A DNA stretch of 64,000 nucleotides from the NCBI RefSeq assembly GCF_016432865.1, contig NC_067399.1, positions 277,078,001-277,142,000 of the forward strand. The letters run 5' to 3'. This DNA comes from Antechinus flavipes (taxonomy: Eukaryota). Within the stretch, counting starts at the first letter, position 1. The number at the start of each line of letters is the position of its first letter. The position numbers and the translations under genes were made by a program. Below, piece after piece: positions 62,601 through 64,000 of the stretch. The notes under the pieces are model-generated. The model had not been told where the DNA came from and did no database searches. It saw only the letters and a list, made by a program, of their open reading frames with translations.

Positions 62601-63444
62601 TTACAACGATCCTAGGATGGAAGGACTATTATGGAGGCAGAGGTTAAGTGTCTTGTCCAGGGTCATACAGCTAGTTAATGTCGGAGGTCAGGCTTGAACT
62701 TGGGTTTTCTTAACTTCAGGTCTATGGTATTTGTCCACATAGTATCAGAATGAAAAGAAAATCAACAAATATTTATTATGTTCTCTAAATTGTGACATTG
62801 TATACAGACTTGAAACAAGCAAACTTCAACAATCAAAAGTTCTTAGAAGTTTCATGATAAGTATTTTCTGTTACAATTTACAGGACTTTTCATAATGGGG
62901 TCCCACTTTAGGGGATATCCTGATTATTTCTTCTCTTATCTTAAAAACAGAGCAAAAGACGTGTAATATTTTATTCATTCTTTCTTTTTCTATTGTTACC
63001 ACTTCTGAATGACTCTGTCCTTTCCTCCCAATAGAACTTTATAATAAAGTACAATTAAGCAAAACAAATAAGCAAGCACATTGACCATATCTGGCAATGT
63101 ATACCTCATTCAGTACTTAATGGTCTTTTTGGCTGTCTCTTGAGAGGTAGAAAGCATATTTTGTTGTTTGTATTCTGAAATCACTCGATCATGGCATTGA
63201 TGAAAGTCCTGATATCTTTAAATTCCTTTCTACTTTCTGTTGTTGTAATCATTATATAATTTGTTCTCTTGGTTTTAAGTCTGTAAAAGTTTCCTCGAGT
63301 TTCTTTGTTTCTTTCAGTACAATAATGTTTCATTATGTTTTATGCCAAATTTTTTTTGAACATTCCCTGAAGGATACCTACTTTTCTGCCAATTTATTCC
63401 CACCACAAAAATGCTTTATAGCTATGTCTATATATAGCATGTGT

Positions 63445-63478
63445 GTGTGTCACACACACACATACACACACACACACA
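63445..63478. repeat. (TG)n(CA)n microsatellite
   Basis: gtgtgtgtgtcacacacacacatacacacacacacaca seen directly. Confidence 0.8.
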
Positions 63479-63599
63479 TATGCTCATATGGGAACTTTGC
63501 TTCCATTTTTGCCCTTCCTAAGATCTGTGCCTTAATGTTCTTATCACTGGGTTAAGGAATATATTTAATTACTTTGTCAGTATAATTCTAAACTGTTTT

Positions 63600-64000
63600 T
63601 CTAGGGCACCTCTCCCCTAACCTTGGATTAATGAATAAAATAGGATACAAAATAAATCCACTATAATTGCAAGTATATCTATATTCAGTAATAAAAAAAT
63701 GCATAAAATATCTAGGAGTAAATCTACCAAGATAAGTTTGAGACATAAGCACTTATTAAAACCAAAGCAATTGAAGCTGTATGTATTACTAATGTGTGGA
63801 CTTTGCTAATATAATAAAAATGACAAAATATCTAATTTAATTTATAGATTTAGTGCTCACTTTATGGAACTAGACAAAATAATAGCAGCATTCATTTGGA
63901 GGAATAAAAGAATTTGAATCTCAAGGAAAATAATGAAGAAAATAGTAGAAATTAAGGGTTAGTAGCCCTTTCAGACTAAAAATATATTATAAAGTAGTAA
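63600..64000 (+). mobile_element. Degenerate L1 ORF2 fragment running off the window
   Basis: Remnants such as aaatatctaggagtaaatctacca (KYLGVNL) and ttcatttggaggaataaaaga (FIWRNKR), with stops and frameshifts. Confidence 0.55.

Overview
Eukaryotic (mammalian) genomic DNA, almost certainly marsupial (WSINE1/MAR1-like SINEs and a marsupial-type L1; possibly dasyurid, which is an inference). The window is the gene-dense block syntenic to human 15q15.3, with strictly alternating strands: 3' half of PDIA3 (+), ELL3 (-), SERF2 (+), SERINC4 (-), HYPK (+), MFAP1 (-), 5' part of WDR76 (+). I traced the exons by hand. All introns are GT-AG, and the five complete genes assemble into open frames (ELL3 392 aa, SERF2 59 aa, SERINC4 505 aa, HYPK 121 aa, MFAP1 439 aa). 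No prokaryotic-type system, CRISPR array, rRNA or tRNA gene is present. The most interesting signals are RNA-level: back-to-back opposite-strand poly(A) signals at two convergent gene junctions, an alternative 3' splice site of SERF2 whose alternate frame is broken here, a phase-compatible SERF2-to-HYPK read-through splice, and a SERINC4 exon-2 donor whose stronger neighbour is out of frame. There is also an unresolved WDR76 first coding exon, a gap-free 204-bp direct duplication bracketing WDR76 exon 3, and well-preserved insertion footprints (L1 with a 14-bp TSD inside a SINE, hAT MITE, 7SL retrocopy). Human and mouse comparisons are from recalled sequences and need database confirmation.
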